From assembly GCA_964651115.1 (NCBI GenBank), contig CAZYXJ010000002.1:48338-112337 (forward strand): 64,000 nucleotides of DNA. The letters run 5' to 3'. Shown one piece after another: positions 53,233 through 61,263 of the stretch. Position 1 is the first letter of the stretch, and each line of letters opens with the position of its first letter. The position numbers and the translations under genes are program-made. Origin of the DNA: an uncultured Candidatus Saccharibacteria bacterium (lineage in GTDB: Bacteria > Patescibacteriota > Minisyncoccia > Phycocordibacterales > JACOZG01). The notes under the pieces are model-generated. The model had not been told where the DNA came from. It was given only the letters and a program-made list of their open reading frames with translations, and did no database searches.

Positions 53233-53916
53233 ATGGCAACTACCGAAGTAAAAAAATTATGGGCCATTATGGCTCTCGTTTTGTTGGCGATCGTCGCCTT
53301 ATTGATTGTGGCGGTAACCTCGGGCAATCGACGGGGGCCCTCTATTTTGGAGCCCCTCACTCTTAGTCAGCCGGTAGTGGCTGGTGAGTGGACGGCCGGT
53401 CTGGCCTCAAGTTCGGTGGCGGTGGTTGAGTACAGCGACTTCCAGTGTCCGGCCTGTGCCACTTATGCTCCGGTGGTTAAGCAGTTGATTGCGGATTATG
53501 GTGATCGAATTTCGGTTACTTACCGCCATTTCCCACTCGCCATTCATCCCAACGCGACCGCGGCGGCGGCGGCGAGTGAGGCGGCCGGGTTGCAGGGCAA
53601 GTTTTGGGAAATGGCCGACGTCTTGTTTGAACGTCAGGCGGACTGGTCCGCCACGCGCGCGCCCGAAGAACTTTTCCTTTCTTATGCCCAGACTTTGGGT
53701 CTAAGCGTCGAGCGTTTTGCGGCCGATCTTAATTCCACCGCGGTCAAGCAAGCGGTGGCTGATGATCTGGCTTCGGCTAACGCCACCGGTCTTAGTCATA
53801 CCCCAACCTTCTTTATTAACGGCCAAGAAATCGATAATCCAAAATCTTATGACGAATTTTCTGCCTTGGCGGAAGCGGCCCTTGGCTCTACCAGCGCCAC
53901 GACGACTGCCCGATAG
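53233..53916 (+). CDS. DsbA-family thiol:disulfide oxidoreductase (membrane-anchored)
   Basis: An N-terminal TM helix is followed by a thioredoxin fold with CPAC (SDFQCPACATYAPVVKQL). Confidence 0.7.
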   Translation: MATTEVKKLWAIMALVLLAIVALLIVAVTSGNRRGPSILEPLTLSQPVVAGEWTAGLASSSVAVVEYSDFQCPACATYAPVVKQLIADYGDRISVTYRHFPLAIHPNATAAAAASEAAGLQGKFWEMADVLFERQADWSATRAPEELFLSYAQTLGLSVERFAADLNSTAVKQAVADDLASANATGLSHTPTFFINGQEIDNPKSYDEFSALAEAALGSTSATTTAR

Positions 53917-53947
53917 GCGCCCGTTGATCCTAACTCTTGTTTTGGCG

Positions 53948-54325
53948 ATGATCGGTTTTATTGATGCCGCCTATTTGGCGGTCTATCATTTTCTCGGTGA
54001 GGTGGTCCCCTGTGCTTTGACGAGTGGCTGTGAGGCCGTTACGACGAGTCGTTTTGCCACCATCGGTCCGGTACCGGTGGCGATCCTGGGAGTGATTTAT
54101 TATGGTTTGATTTTGTTTCTTGGGGCTCATCTTTTGCACTCACGATCTCGGGCCGTGGCTTCGTGGCTGGCGCTGGTCACCGCTCTTGGTTTTGCGTTCT
54201 CGCTCTACCTAATTTTCTTGCAGGCGACGATCATTAATGCTTTTTGTTTTTATTGTTTGGTCTCCGCGACTGTAAGCATTTGTTTGTTTGTGGTGTCGTT
54301 TTTCTTAAAACGCGCTACACTGTAG
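53948..54325 (+). CDS. Vitamin K epoxide reductase (VKOR) family protein
   Basis: A CxxC appears in the first loop (VPCALTSGCEAV) and a TxxxSRxA-like segment is present. A C-terminal CFYC lies in a TM helix. The start may instead be the TTG at 53924. The ORF-track start at 53717 overlaps dsbA and was rejected. Confidence 0.55.
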   Translation: MIGFIDAAYLAVYHFLGEVVPCALTSGCEAVTTSRFATIGPVPVAILGVIYYGLILFLGAHLLHSRSRAVASWLALVTALGFAFSLYLIFLQATIINAFCFYCLVSATVSICLFVVSFFLKRATL

Positions 54326-54334
54326 TTACTAACC

Positions 54335-55570
54335 ATGTCTATTTTGGCTAAAAATCCTGAGACGATTGTGGTAGTCGGGGGAGGATTTGGCGGAGTGGCG
54401 ACCGCTCTTGATCTGGCGCGACGTTCGCGTCGCGGTCAGTACGAAATTATTTTAATTAGCGATAAGCCGCACTTTGAATATACGCCAACCCTGTATCGCG
54501 TAGTGACGGGAGGTTCCGCGCTCGAAGTGTGTGTCCCCTTGGCTAAGATTTTTGCCGGCACTAACGTCCGCCTAATTGAGGCCAAGGTGACGGGGATTGA
54601 TTTGGCTCATCGGACCATCTCGTGCGCCGGCGGTTACGGTACCGCCTTTGACCGCCTGGTCTTGGCGCTGGGGAGCGAGACCGCCTACTTTAACATTCCA
54701 GGTTTGGCCGAGCTCTCTTACGGTTTTAAATCGACTTACGAAGCTTTAATTTTAAAAAAGCATCTGGAGGGCGTGATGTCGGTGGTGGCGACGGCGTCAG
54801 CTCAGGAAGAGAAGGTGGCTCTCGCCCACGTGGCGATCGTGGGCGCTGGAGCGAGTGGCACGGAGTTGGCCGCTGAGTTGGCCATTTATCTCCAGGACTT
54901 AGCTCGACGACATGGCATCGACGCTGGATTGGTGACGATTGATTTGTTTGAGGGCGCGCCGCGCGTGGTGCCGCTCGTCGCGCCAGAAATTTCGGCTCGG
55001 ATCAAATCTCGCTTGCATGCTTTGGGGGTGAACGTTTTTCTTAATCGCACGCTCTTAAAAGAAGAGATTGACGGCGTCTATCTCAAAGATATGCAGATGA
55101 AGGCCAAGACGGTGATCTGGACGGCGGGAGTTAAGCCGCATCACTTGCTGGCTAGCGTGGCCGGCCTCTCGTTTGATAAGCGGGGCAAGGTCATCGTTAA
55201 TGAGTCATTGCAAGTCCCGGGTTGCGAGCAAGTTTACGTGGTTGGCGATGGGGCTTCAACGGAGTTTAGTGGCATGGCTCAGACGGCTATCGCCGGCGGG
55301 CAATACGTGGCGCGAAAAATTTTAGGTCAAGCTCCTGGTCCTTTTAAGCCGCGTCAACCAGTCTATGCTATTCCGGTTGGGCCAGGTTGGGCGGCTGTCG
55401 CTTTGGGGCCCGTTCATCTTTATGGCCGATTAGGTTGGTGGCTGAGACGCTTCGCCGACTGGCGCTATCTCTTGTCGATTTTGTCTTGGGCCGATGCTTG
55501 GCGCGCTTTTCGAGCGGGACGGCGGCTAGCCACTCACTGCTCAATTTGTGGGCCTGGGGAAAAGTGCTAA
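54335..55570 (+). CDS. Type II NADH dehydrogenase (NDH-2) / FAD-dependent pyridine nucleotide-disulfide oxidoreductase
   Basis: It has two dinucleotide-binding motifs (IVVVGGGFGGVATALDL and IVGAGASGTELAAELA). Confidence 0.75.
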   Translation: MSILAKNPETIVVVGGGFGGVATALDLARRSRRGQYEIILISDKPHFEYTPTLYRVVTGGSALEVCVPLAKIFAGTNVRLIEAKVTGIDLAHRTISCAGGYGTAFDRLVLALGSETAYFNIPGLAELSYGFKSTYEALILKKHLEGVMSVVATASAQEEKVALAHVAIVGAGASGTELAAELAIYLQDLARRHGIDAGLVTIDLFEGAPRVVPLVAPEISARIKSRLHALGVNVFLNRTLLKEEIDGVYLKDMQMKAKTVIWTAGVKPHHLLASVAGLSFDKRGKVIVNESLQVPGCEQVYVVGDGASTEFSGMAQTAIAGGQYVARKILGQAPGPFKPRQPVYAIPVGPGWAAVALGPVHLYGRLGWWLRRFADWRYLLSILSWADAWRAFRAGRRLATHCSICGPGEKC

Positions 55571-56423
55571 GCCACTTGATTCGATTGTCTCGACGGAACC
55601 ACGTTAACTGGCGTTTAGCGTATTGTTCGATGGCTCGGGTTAGTTGCTCAACCATTTCCTGGCGAGTTAATTTTTTTTGCAAATACTGAGCCACAAAATA
55701 ATATTCGAGACCAAAGCTTTCTAGTCGCTTCCAGCTTAAGCCCGTGTCGTGCAGGTCGGACACTTCTTTAACCAGTCCGGCTCGCAGGCGCTCTTTTAAA
55801 CGATGGTTGATTTTTTGTTTGAGTTGAGACTCGGGTAGAGAAATTCCTAATTGCAAAAATCGATAGGGCGGCGGATTTTTTTTAAGGGGTGGGACGTGGC
55901 CGAGGGCGCGGGCAATTTCGATGGCGCGGATCAATCGATGGGGATTGTGGCGATCAATCTTTTCCGCTCGGTGAGGATCAAGCTGCTGGAGTTCGTGGAA
56001 CAATTCCTTGGTACTTAGTTGGGCGAGAGAACGTCGTAGCTCGCGGTTGGGTTTAACGGTGGGCAGAATCAAGCCATCAACAATAGCTTGAATATAGAAA
56101 CCTGTTCCGCCCACAATAATGGGGAGTTTGCCGCGACGCAAAATTTCCTGAATTTTCTGGTTAGCTAGTTTTTGATAACGAGCGACGCTAAAAACGCGAC
56201 GGGGTTCAGCGACGTCGAGGAGGTGATGGGGGACGCCAGCCATCTCGCGGCGCGTAATTTTGCCACTACCCAAATTTAGGCCGCGATAGACTTGGCGCGA
56301 ATCGGCGGACACAATTTCGCTCCCGCCTCCTTTGGCGGATAATTTTTTGGCCAGGCGAACAGCCAGGGCCGATTTGCCGCTGGCCGTGGGACCGACGATC
56401 ACTAAGACTGGCGCCAACTCCAT
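55368..56423 (-). CDS. miaA: tRNA dimethylallyltransferase
   Basis: The N-terminus has the VIVGPTASGKSALAV P-loop, the conserved MiaA start. The 3' ~200 nt overlap the convergent NDH-2 gene, so the true C-terminus may be shorter. Confidence 0.75.
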   Translation of the reverse strand: MELAPVLVIVGPTASGKSALAVRLAKKLSAKGGGSEIVSADSRQVYRGLNLGSGKITRREMAGVPHHLLDVAEPRRVFSVARYQKLANQKIQEILRRGKLPIIVGGTGFYIQAIVDGLILPTVKPNRELRRSLAQLSTKELFHELQQLDPHRAEKIDRHNPHRLIRAIEIARALGHVPPLKKNPPPYRFLQLGISLPESQLKQKINHRLKERLRAGLVKEVSDLHDTGLSWKRLESFGLEYYFVAQYLQKKLTRQEMVEQLTRAIEQYAKRQLTWFRRDNRIKWLSTFPQAHKLSSEWLAAVPLEKRAKHRPKTKSTRDSASRRSVSATNLIGHKDERAPKRQPPNLAQPE

Positions 56424-56424
56424 G

Positions 56425-56499
56425 TGGTGTCCCCGGCAGGAATCGAACCTGCATCTCGAGCTTCGGAGGCCCGTGTTCTATCCATTGGACTACGGGGAC
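56425..56499 (-). tRNA. tRNA-Arg (anticodon CCG), CCA encoded
   Basis: The reverse complement reads GTCCCCGTAGTCCAATGGATAGAACACGGGCCTCCGAAGCTCG..., with anticodon loop CTCCGAA and T-arm GCAGGTTCGATTCCTGC. Confidence 0.7.
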
Positions 56500-56780
56500 C
56501 TGTCTGGTGCAGTATTCTTGAATTAGTCCGAACGCATTTCGCCGCCTGCGGCGGCGAGGAAGTCCCCCCGCGAAAATTCGGAAAGGCGGCGGAGCCGCAC
56601 CGCTGACAATTTCTTCAAGTTTTTCTTTGGCGGCATTCAATCCAAGAATTCGCAAAGCGAATACAAATGTATTATATGAAAAATTTAGAAATAAATCAAA
56701 AAGTAAGAAAAAAGAAAGGCCAGCCGTTGATGTTATCGCAAGCTGGCCTGAATGGGTGGCCTGCACATGAACCCCGCCGA

Positions 56781-57128
56781 TTACAGGCCAAGAACTTCGA
56801 GAACCTTCATGGGCATGGCATCTTTCGTGGATTCGTGGTCGCATCCCGCGCTGACGAGCTTGGCACGATATTCTGGCAAGCTCGAGATTGCGATGATTGG
56901 ACCCGTGAAGGTTTCCCTGAACTTCCGCACGAGAGGCGGCGTGGTCGGCGAATCCCCCGGCACGCACGCATCCATGACGATAGCATCAATGTCGGGGCTG
57001 GCAGTGAACTGTTCCTCGGCCTCCTCGATGGAGGGCGCGAAAATCAGCTCCACTTTGTTGTCGAATTCTCGACGCCACCTGTCGTACTTGCACTCCTCGT
57101 CTTCGACAATGAGCACTTTCTTACTCAT
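56781..57128 (-). CDS. Stand-alone response-regulator receiver (CheY-like) domain protein
   Basis: MSKKVLIVEDEE...DIDAIVMDACVPG...PIIAISS gives the acidic pocket, phospho-Asp and conserved T/S positions. A strong RBS (AGGAGG) lies 7 nt upstream of the ATG at 57128. Confidence 0.5.
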   Translation of the reverse strand: MSKKVLIVEDEECKYDRWRREFDNKVELIFAPSIEEAEEQFTASPDIDAIVMDACVPGDSPTTPPLVRKFRETFTGPIIAISSLPEYRAKLVSAGCDHESTKDAMPMKVLEVLGL

Positions 57129-57396
57129 TTGCTGTCCTCCTTTCAAAGGGCTTTCGGTTTGATTTCATCTGGACGGGGTGCCCAGATTTCATTTCAAGTT
57201 ATCACAAATTACCTCGGACGTCAAGAGCGACAAAAAATCCGCAATATTGAGGTTTCTAAATTCTTGACTCTTAGGATTAAAAAATTTTCTTCCCCAAAAA
57301 TGCGAAATCGGGAATTCGTTTTTACCCCCAAAATTGAATACAAATTAGTCGCCGAGCGAAGCGAGGCGAACCAAAACTCTTTGACTTTTCCTACGT

Positions 57397-57480
57397 GGTG
57401 CCGAAGGTGGGAATCGAACCCACACTCCTTGCGGAACACGATTTTGAGTCGTGCGCGTCTGCCAATTCCGCCACTTCGGC
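57397..57480 (-). tRNA. tRNA-Leu (anticodon CAA), long variable arm
   Basis: The reverse complement reads GCCGAAGTGGCGGAATTGGCAGACGCGCACGACTCAAAATCGTG..., with anticodon loop CTCAAAA and T-arm GTGGGTTCGATTCCCAC. Confidence 0.75.
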
Positions 57481-57495
57481 TTATAGTCTTTTAAC

Positions 57496-57518
57496 TGCCA
57501 ATTCCGCCACTTCGGCCT
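57496..57518 (-). repeat. Partial duplicate of the tRNA-Leu(CAA) 5' segment (acceptor plus D-arm, 22 nt)
   Basis: TGCCAATTCCGCCACTTCGGC at 57459-57480 is repeated at 57496-57518, 15 nt away. Confidence 0.6.
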
Positions 57519-57577
57519 TGCCGTCTATCGTACCGAATGTGCGGTCTAAAATCAATTTATGATACAATTTTAAGCAA

Positions 57578-58573
57578 ATGAGCGAGCAATACCATAATTC
57601 GATTTTTTGGATCGAGGTCGATAAAATTCGCCCCAATCCTTACCAGCCGCGACTAGAATTTGATCAGGATAAACTGCAAGCCTTGTCTGATTCTATTCGT
57701 CAATATGGCGTACTCCAGCCGCTGGTCGTGACGCGGCGAGAAGTTACTCGCGAGGACGGAGGAATTGCCGTGGAGTACGAATTGATTGCCGGCGAGCGTC
57801 GCTGGCGCGCCTCCAAGCTCGCCGGAGTTTTGCAGGTGCCAGCCATAATTCGGCAGGGTGAGGGGTCCGACAAGCTCAAGTTAGAGATGGCGATTATTGA
57901 AAATCTCCAGCGCGAAGATCTTAACCCCGTGGAGCGCGCCAAGGCTTTTCAAAAGTTGGCTCAAGAGTTTAGTCTTAAGCACGCGGAGATTGCTCGTCGG
58001 GTGGGCAAGAGTCGTGAGTATGTGTCTAACTCGATTCGCATTATGGCCCTACCGCCAGCGGCGCTGGAACTTTTGTCGGCGGGCAAAATTACTGAGGGTC
58101 ACACCCGTCCGATTTTGATGTTGTCTGATCGCCCCGAGGAACAGTTAACTTTAATGCAAGAGATTTTGGTTAAACATTTGTCGGTTCGTGATACCGAGGC
58201 CATCGCTCGACGGATTGCTTACGATAAGGTGCGGAAGAAGGAGTACTTGTTAGATCCGCGGATCGCTGAGGTTGAGCAAGAGCTAACGCAAAAGTTGGGG
58301 ACGCGCGTGACGATCGACCGCAAGCAGGTCGGCGGCAAAGTGATTATCGACTTTATTTCTAACGACGACCTGCATCTCATTCTCGATTTGTTGTCTAAGC
58401 GTGAGCAGCAGGCCGCGCCAGCGCCGCGGGCCAATCATGGTCGCGAGCAAGAGAGCTTGGAAGCCGAGATTCCCGTGGCCCTGGCGGCGGAGGTGGCGGA
58501 GACGCCCGCGGCGCCAGTTGAGGAGCCGGCGCCGGACGATGACCTTTATAATATTAAGAATTTTTCTCTCTAA
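57578..58573 (+). CDS. parB: ParB/Spo0J chromosome partitioning protein
   Basis: The ParB box ELIAGERRWRASKLAG and an HTH are present, with a C-terminal acidic/Ala-rich tail. Confidence 0.85.
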   Translation: MSEQYHNSIFWIEVDKIRPNPYQPRLEFDQDKLQALSDSIRQYGVLQPLVVTRREVTREDGGIAVEYELIAGERRWRASKLAGVLQVPAIIRQGEGSDKLKLEMAIIENLQREDLNPVERAKAFQKLAQEFSLKHAEIARRVGKSREYVSNSIRIMALPPAALELLSAGKITEGHTRPILMLSDRPEEQLTLMQEILVKHLSVRDTEAIARRIAYDKVRKKEYLLDPRIAEVEQELTQKLGTRVTIDRKQVGGKVIIDFISNDDLHLILDLLSKREQQAAPAPRANHGREQESLEAEIPVALAAEVAETPAAPVEEPAPDDDLYNIKNFSL

Positions 58574-60762
58574 CTTTTTGCTGGAGCGTTTAGTTTATGG
58601 GGATTATGATTCGGACAAGTCTTGTCACTACATCTTTCGGGTATCGTTTTGGTGCCTTCCATCATTAGGGCGCCGCACATTGGGCAGAGTTTGCCGGTGG
58701 GTTTGGTTTTGATGATGTTCTTGCACTTGGGGTAATTGGAACAGCCGTAAAAGGGCCCAAAGCGTCCGCGCTTTTCGATCATGTTACCCTGACGACATTT
58801 TGGGCACTCGACGCCAGTATCACTTAAGCCGCCCTTGCCCCCGCTTTCGTCTTTTTTAATATACTTACATTTGGGGTAGTTGGAGCAAGCCACAAATTTG
58901 CCATAGCGACCTTCGCGCTCCATTAGTTGATGGTCGCAGTCTGGGCATTTTTCTTCCAACAATTTCGGACCCTCCATTTCTTTACCTTCTAGGGTGCGTG
59001 CCCCCTGGCAGTCGGGAAACTTGGCACAGCTGTAGAAGCGGCCACTCTTTCCTAGTTTAATAATCATTGGGCCAGCACAGGTAGGGCACTTCATCTGGCT
59101 GGGGGCCTCACCGAGATTAGAAATTTTTTCTAAATCTTTCTTTGATTTGATTGCTTTGACAAAGGGGCCGTAGAAGTTTTCTAGCATCTTGACGTACTCT
59201 TCTTTGCCGGCGGCAATGTTGTCGAGTTTGTCTTCCATTTCGCGGGTAAAGTCGTCACTGATGTAGTGAGCAAAATATTTGTCGAGAAAGTCGCTGACTA
59301 CTTCGCCGGTATCGGTGGGACGGAGACTGCGCTGTTCTTTCTCCACGTAACCTCGATCAATAATGGTTTTAATAATTGAGGCGTAGGTGCTCGGTCGGCC
59401 GATACCGCGCTTTTCTAATTCTTTAACTAAGCCGGCTTCCGAATAGCGGTTGGGTGGCGTGGTCTCTTTGCCGGTCGCTTCGATGGTGACTAATTCGAGT
59501 GGTGAGTTAACTTGGAGGGCGGGTAGTTCGTTCTCCTCACCGCGAGCCGCTGGATCAGCTTTAAGCCAGCCGTCAAAGGTGACGACTGAGCCGTTAGCGT
59601 GGAAGTCGGGCAAATTTTTAGCTTCGGCCGTGACTTTAGTCTTAAGTAGGCCGGCGTCACTCATCTGACTGGCAATGGTTCGAGACCAGATTAGACGATA
59701 AAGTTTTTGTTCTTGAGGTGAGTGGCCCGCGCCCAGCACGTCGGCATGGGTGGGCCGGATCGCTTCGTGGGCTTCTTGGGCATTTTTTGATTTGGTAGCG
59801 TAGGTCTGACGTTGGTGATAGTTGGCGCCAAATTTTTGCTTGATCACGGTTTCGATTTCTCCCAGCGCGATGGGGCTGAGATTGGTACTGTCGGTGCGCA
59901 TGTAAGTAATGTGACCGGCTTCATAGAGTTTTTGCGCCAGGCGCATGGTGATCGATGGCGAATAGCCCAAGCGCGATGAAGCGAATTGTTGCAGGGTTGA
60001 GGTGGTAAATGGCGGCCGAGCGCGCCGCTTGGTCTCGGTTTGTTTAATGTCGGAGATTTTCCAGTTGGCCTGACGAGCCGAGTCAACAATTTGATCGGCT
60101 TCGGCTTGAGTCGTCGGCTCTACACTGCACCCAAAGGGGATGGTGCCGCCGGTCGTGGTTTTAAATTGCGCCTCAATCACCCAGTAAGCTACTGGGACGA
60201 AAGAGCGAATTTCTTTTTCCCGCTCGACGAGGATGCGGAGGGCGGGCGATTGGACTCGCCCCGCCGAGAGCCCGTAGCGGAGCTTTTTCCAAATGAGGCC
60301 GGAGAGATCGTAGCCAAACAAGCGATCCAAAACTCGACGCGCTTCTTGGGCGGTCTTGAGATTTTCGTCAATGCCGCGGGGGTGTTTGATGGCTTCTTGG
60401 ACCGCCGGTTTGGTGATCTCGTGAAAGACGATGCGCTTGGGATTTTTTAAGCCAATCGCCTCTTGGAGATGCCAAGCGATGGCCTCACCTTCGCGGTCGG
60501 GGTCAGTGGCGAGTAGAACTTCGCTCGCTTTTTTGGCCAAGCTCTTTAGTTCGCTGACAACTTTTTCTTTACCTTTAGAAATTTCGTAATGAGGAACAAA
60601 GCCGCCGCTAATGTCGATGGCGTTCTTGCTCGACTTTGGCAGGTCGCGAATATGACCGATCGACGCGCGAACGGTGTACTCGTTGTCGAGGTATTTAGAA
60701 ATAGTTTTGGCTTTGGCGGGGGACTCAACAATCAGGAGTTTTTTGGAAGAACTCGTACTCAT
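58570..60762 (-). CDS. topA: DNA topoisomerase I
   Basis: The Toprim N-terminus KKLLIVESPAKAKTISKYL and a catalytic Tyr region are present. Multiple C-terminal CxxC zinc ribbons follow. Confidence 0.9.
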   Translation of the reverse strand: MSTSSSKKLLIVESPAKAKTISKYLDNEYTVRASIGHIRDLPKSSKNAIDISGGFVPHYEISKGKEKVVSELKSLAKKASEVLLATDPDREGEAIAWHLQEAIGLKNPKRIVFHEITKPAVQEAIKHPRGIDENLKTAQEARRVLDRLFGYDLSGLIWKKLRYGLSAGRVQSPALRILVEREKEIRSFVPVAYWVIEAQFKTTTGGTIPFGCSVEPTTQAEADQIVDSARQANWKISDIKQTETKRRARPPFTTSTLQQFASSRLGYSPSITMRLAQKLYEAGHITYMRTDSTNLSPIALGEIETVIKQKFGANYHQRQTYATKSKNAQEAHEAIRPTHADVLGAGHSPQEQKLYRLIWSRTIASQMSDAGLLKTKVTAEAKNLPDFHANGSVVTFDGWLKADPAARGEENELPALQVNSPLELVTIEATGKETTPPNRYSEAGLVKELEKRGIGRPSTYASIIKTIIDRGYVEKEQRSLRPTDTGEVVSDFLDKYFAHYISDDFTREMEDKLDNIAAGKEEYVKMLENFYGPFVKAIKSKKDLEKISNLGEAPSQMKCPTCAGPMIIKLGKSGRFYSCAKFPDCQGARTLEGKEMEGPKLLEEKCPDCDHQLMEREGRYGKFVACSNYPKCKYIKKDESGGKGGLSDTGVECPKCRQGNMIEKRGRFGPFYGCSNYPKCKNIIKTKPTGKLCPMCGALMMEGTKTIPERCSDKTCPNHNPHKLNAPAKS

Positions 60763-60827
60763 TGAGCTACATTAGTACTACACGGTCGAAAATTTTGCAA
60801 ACCTAACTGATAATAACTCACCCCAAA

Positions 60828-60852
60828 CCCCTCTCTTACTTTAAGAGAGGGG
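60828..60852. repeat. Palindromic hairpin repeat, upstream copy (CCCCTCTCTTA-ctt-TAAGAGAGGGG)
   Basis: An 11-bp perfect stem. Its partner at 61223-61247 differs by a compensatory pair. Confidence 0.6.
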
Positions 60853-60873
60853 TGGAGTATAATTATATTACTG

Positions 60874-61239
60874 ATGAGTCCGAAAAAGTTTATCTACAAT
60901 AATCAAAAGTTTAAAGAACGCCGAAGGGAACTTAGAAAAAATCAGACTAGGGTTGAGGGGATTTTATGGCAACACATTCGCGGTGGTAAGTTAAATGGAT
61001 TCAAGTTTTATCGTCAATACAGCGTTGGACCATATATCTTAGATTTTTATTGTCCTAAAATTAGACTAACCATAGAGCTTGATGGTAAATCCCACGAGTC
61101 CAAGGATGCAGAGAATTACGATCAAGAACGTACGGATTACTTGTACAATAACGATATCAAAGAAATTAGGTTTAAAAATGTTGAGGTGTTAGAAAACGTC
61201 CGGGGCGTTATCGAGAAAATTTCCCTTCTCTTAAGGTAA
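60874..61239 (+). CDS. DUF559 endonuclease-domain protein (Vsr/restriction-endonuclease-like fold)
   Basis: RRELRKNQTRVEGILWQHIRGGKLNGFKFYRQYSVGPYILDFYCPKIRLTIELDGKSH matches the DUF559 signature. The gene is ~37% GC against ~57% for the window. Confidence 0.7.
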   Translation: MSPKKFIYNNQKFKERRRELRKNQTRVEGILWQHIRGGKLNGFKFYRQYSVGPYILDFYCPKIRLTIELDGKSHESKDAENYDQERTDYLYNNDIKEIRFKNVEVLENVRGVIEKISLLLR

Positions 61240-61247
61240 GAGAAGGG
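61223..61247. repeat. Palindromic hairpin repeat, downstream copy (CCCTTCTCTTA-agg-TAAGAGAAGGG)
   Basis: An 11-bp perfect stem that overlaps the DUF559 stop codon. The C>T change in the 5' arm is compensated by G>A in the 3' arm relative to the upstream copy. Confidence 0.6.
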
Positions 61248-61263
61248 CGAGGGATGAGTTATG

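Noticed and set aside
53717-53947. The upstream extension of the VKOR ORF (ORF-track start 53717).
   Set aside because: The extension overlaps the dsbA C-terminus in another frame and translates to Pro/Arg-rich sequence. The VKOR first TM helix begins at the later start.
56266-56967. A 233-aa minus-strand ORF spanning the miaA start, tRNA-Arg and the receiver gene.
   Set aside because: It overlaps a well-supported tRNA and the miaA N-terminus. Its translation is Arg-rich nonsense.
56667-57494. A 275-aa plus-strand ORF opposite the receiver-domain gene, running into tRNA-Leu.
   Set aside because: It overlaps tRNA-Leu(CAA) and the better-supported receiver CDS (motifs plus RBS). No recognisable domains are present.
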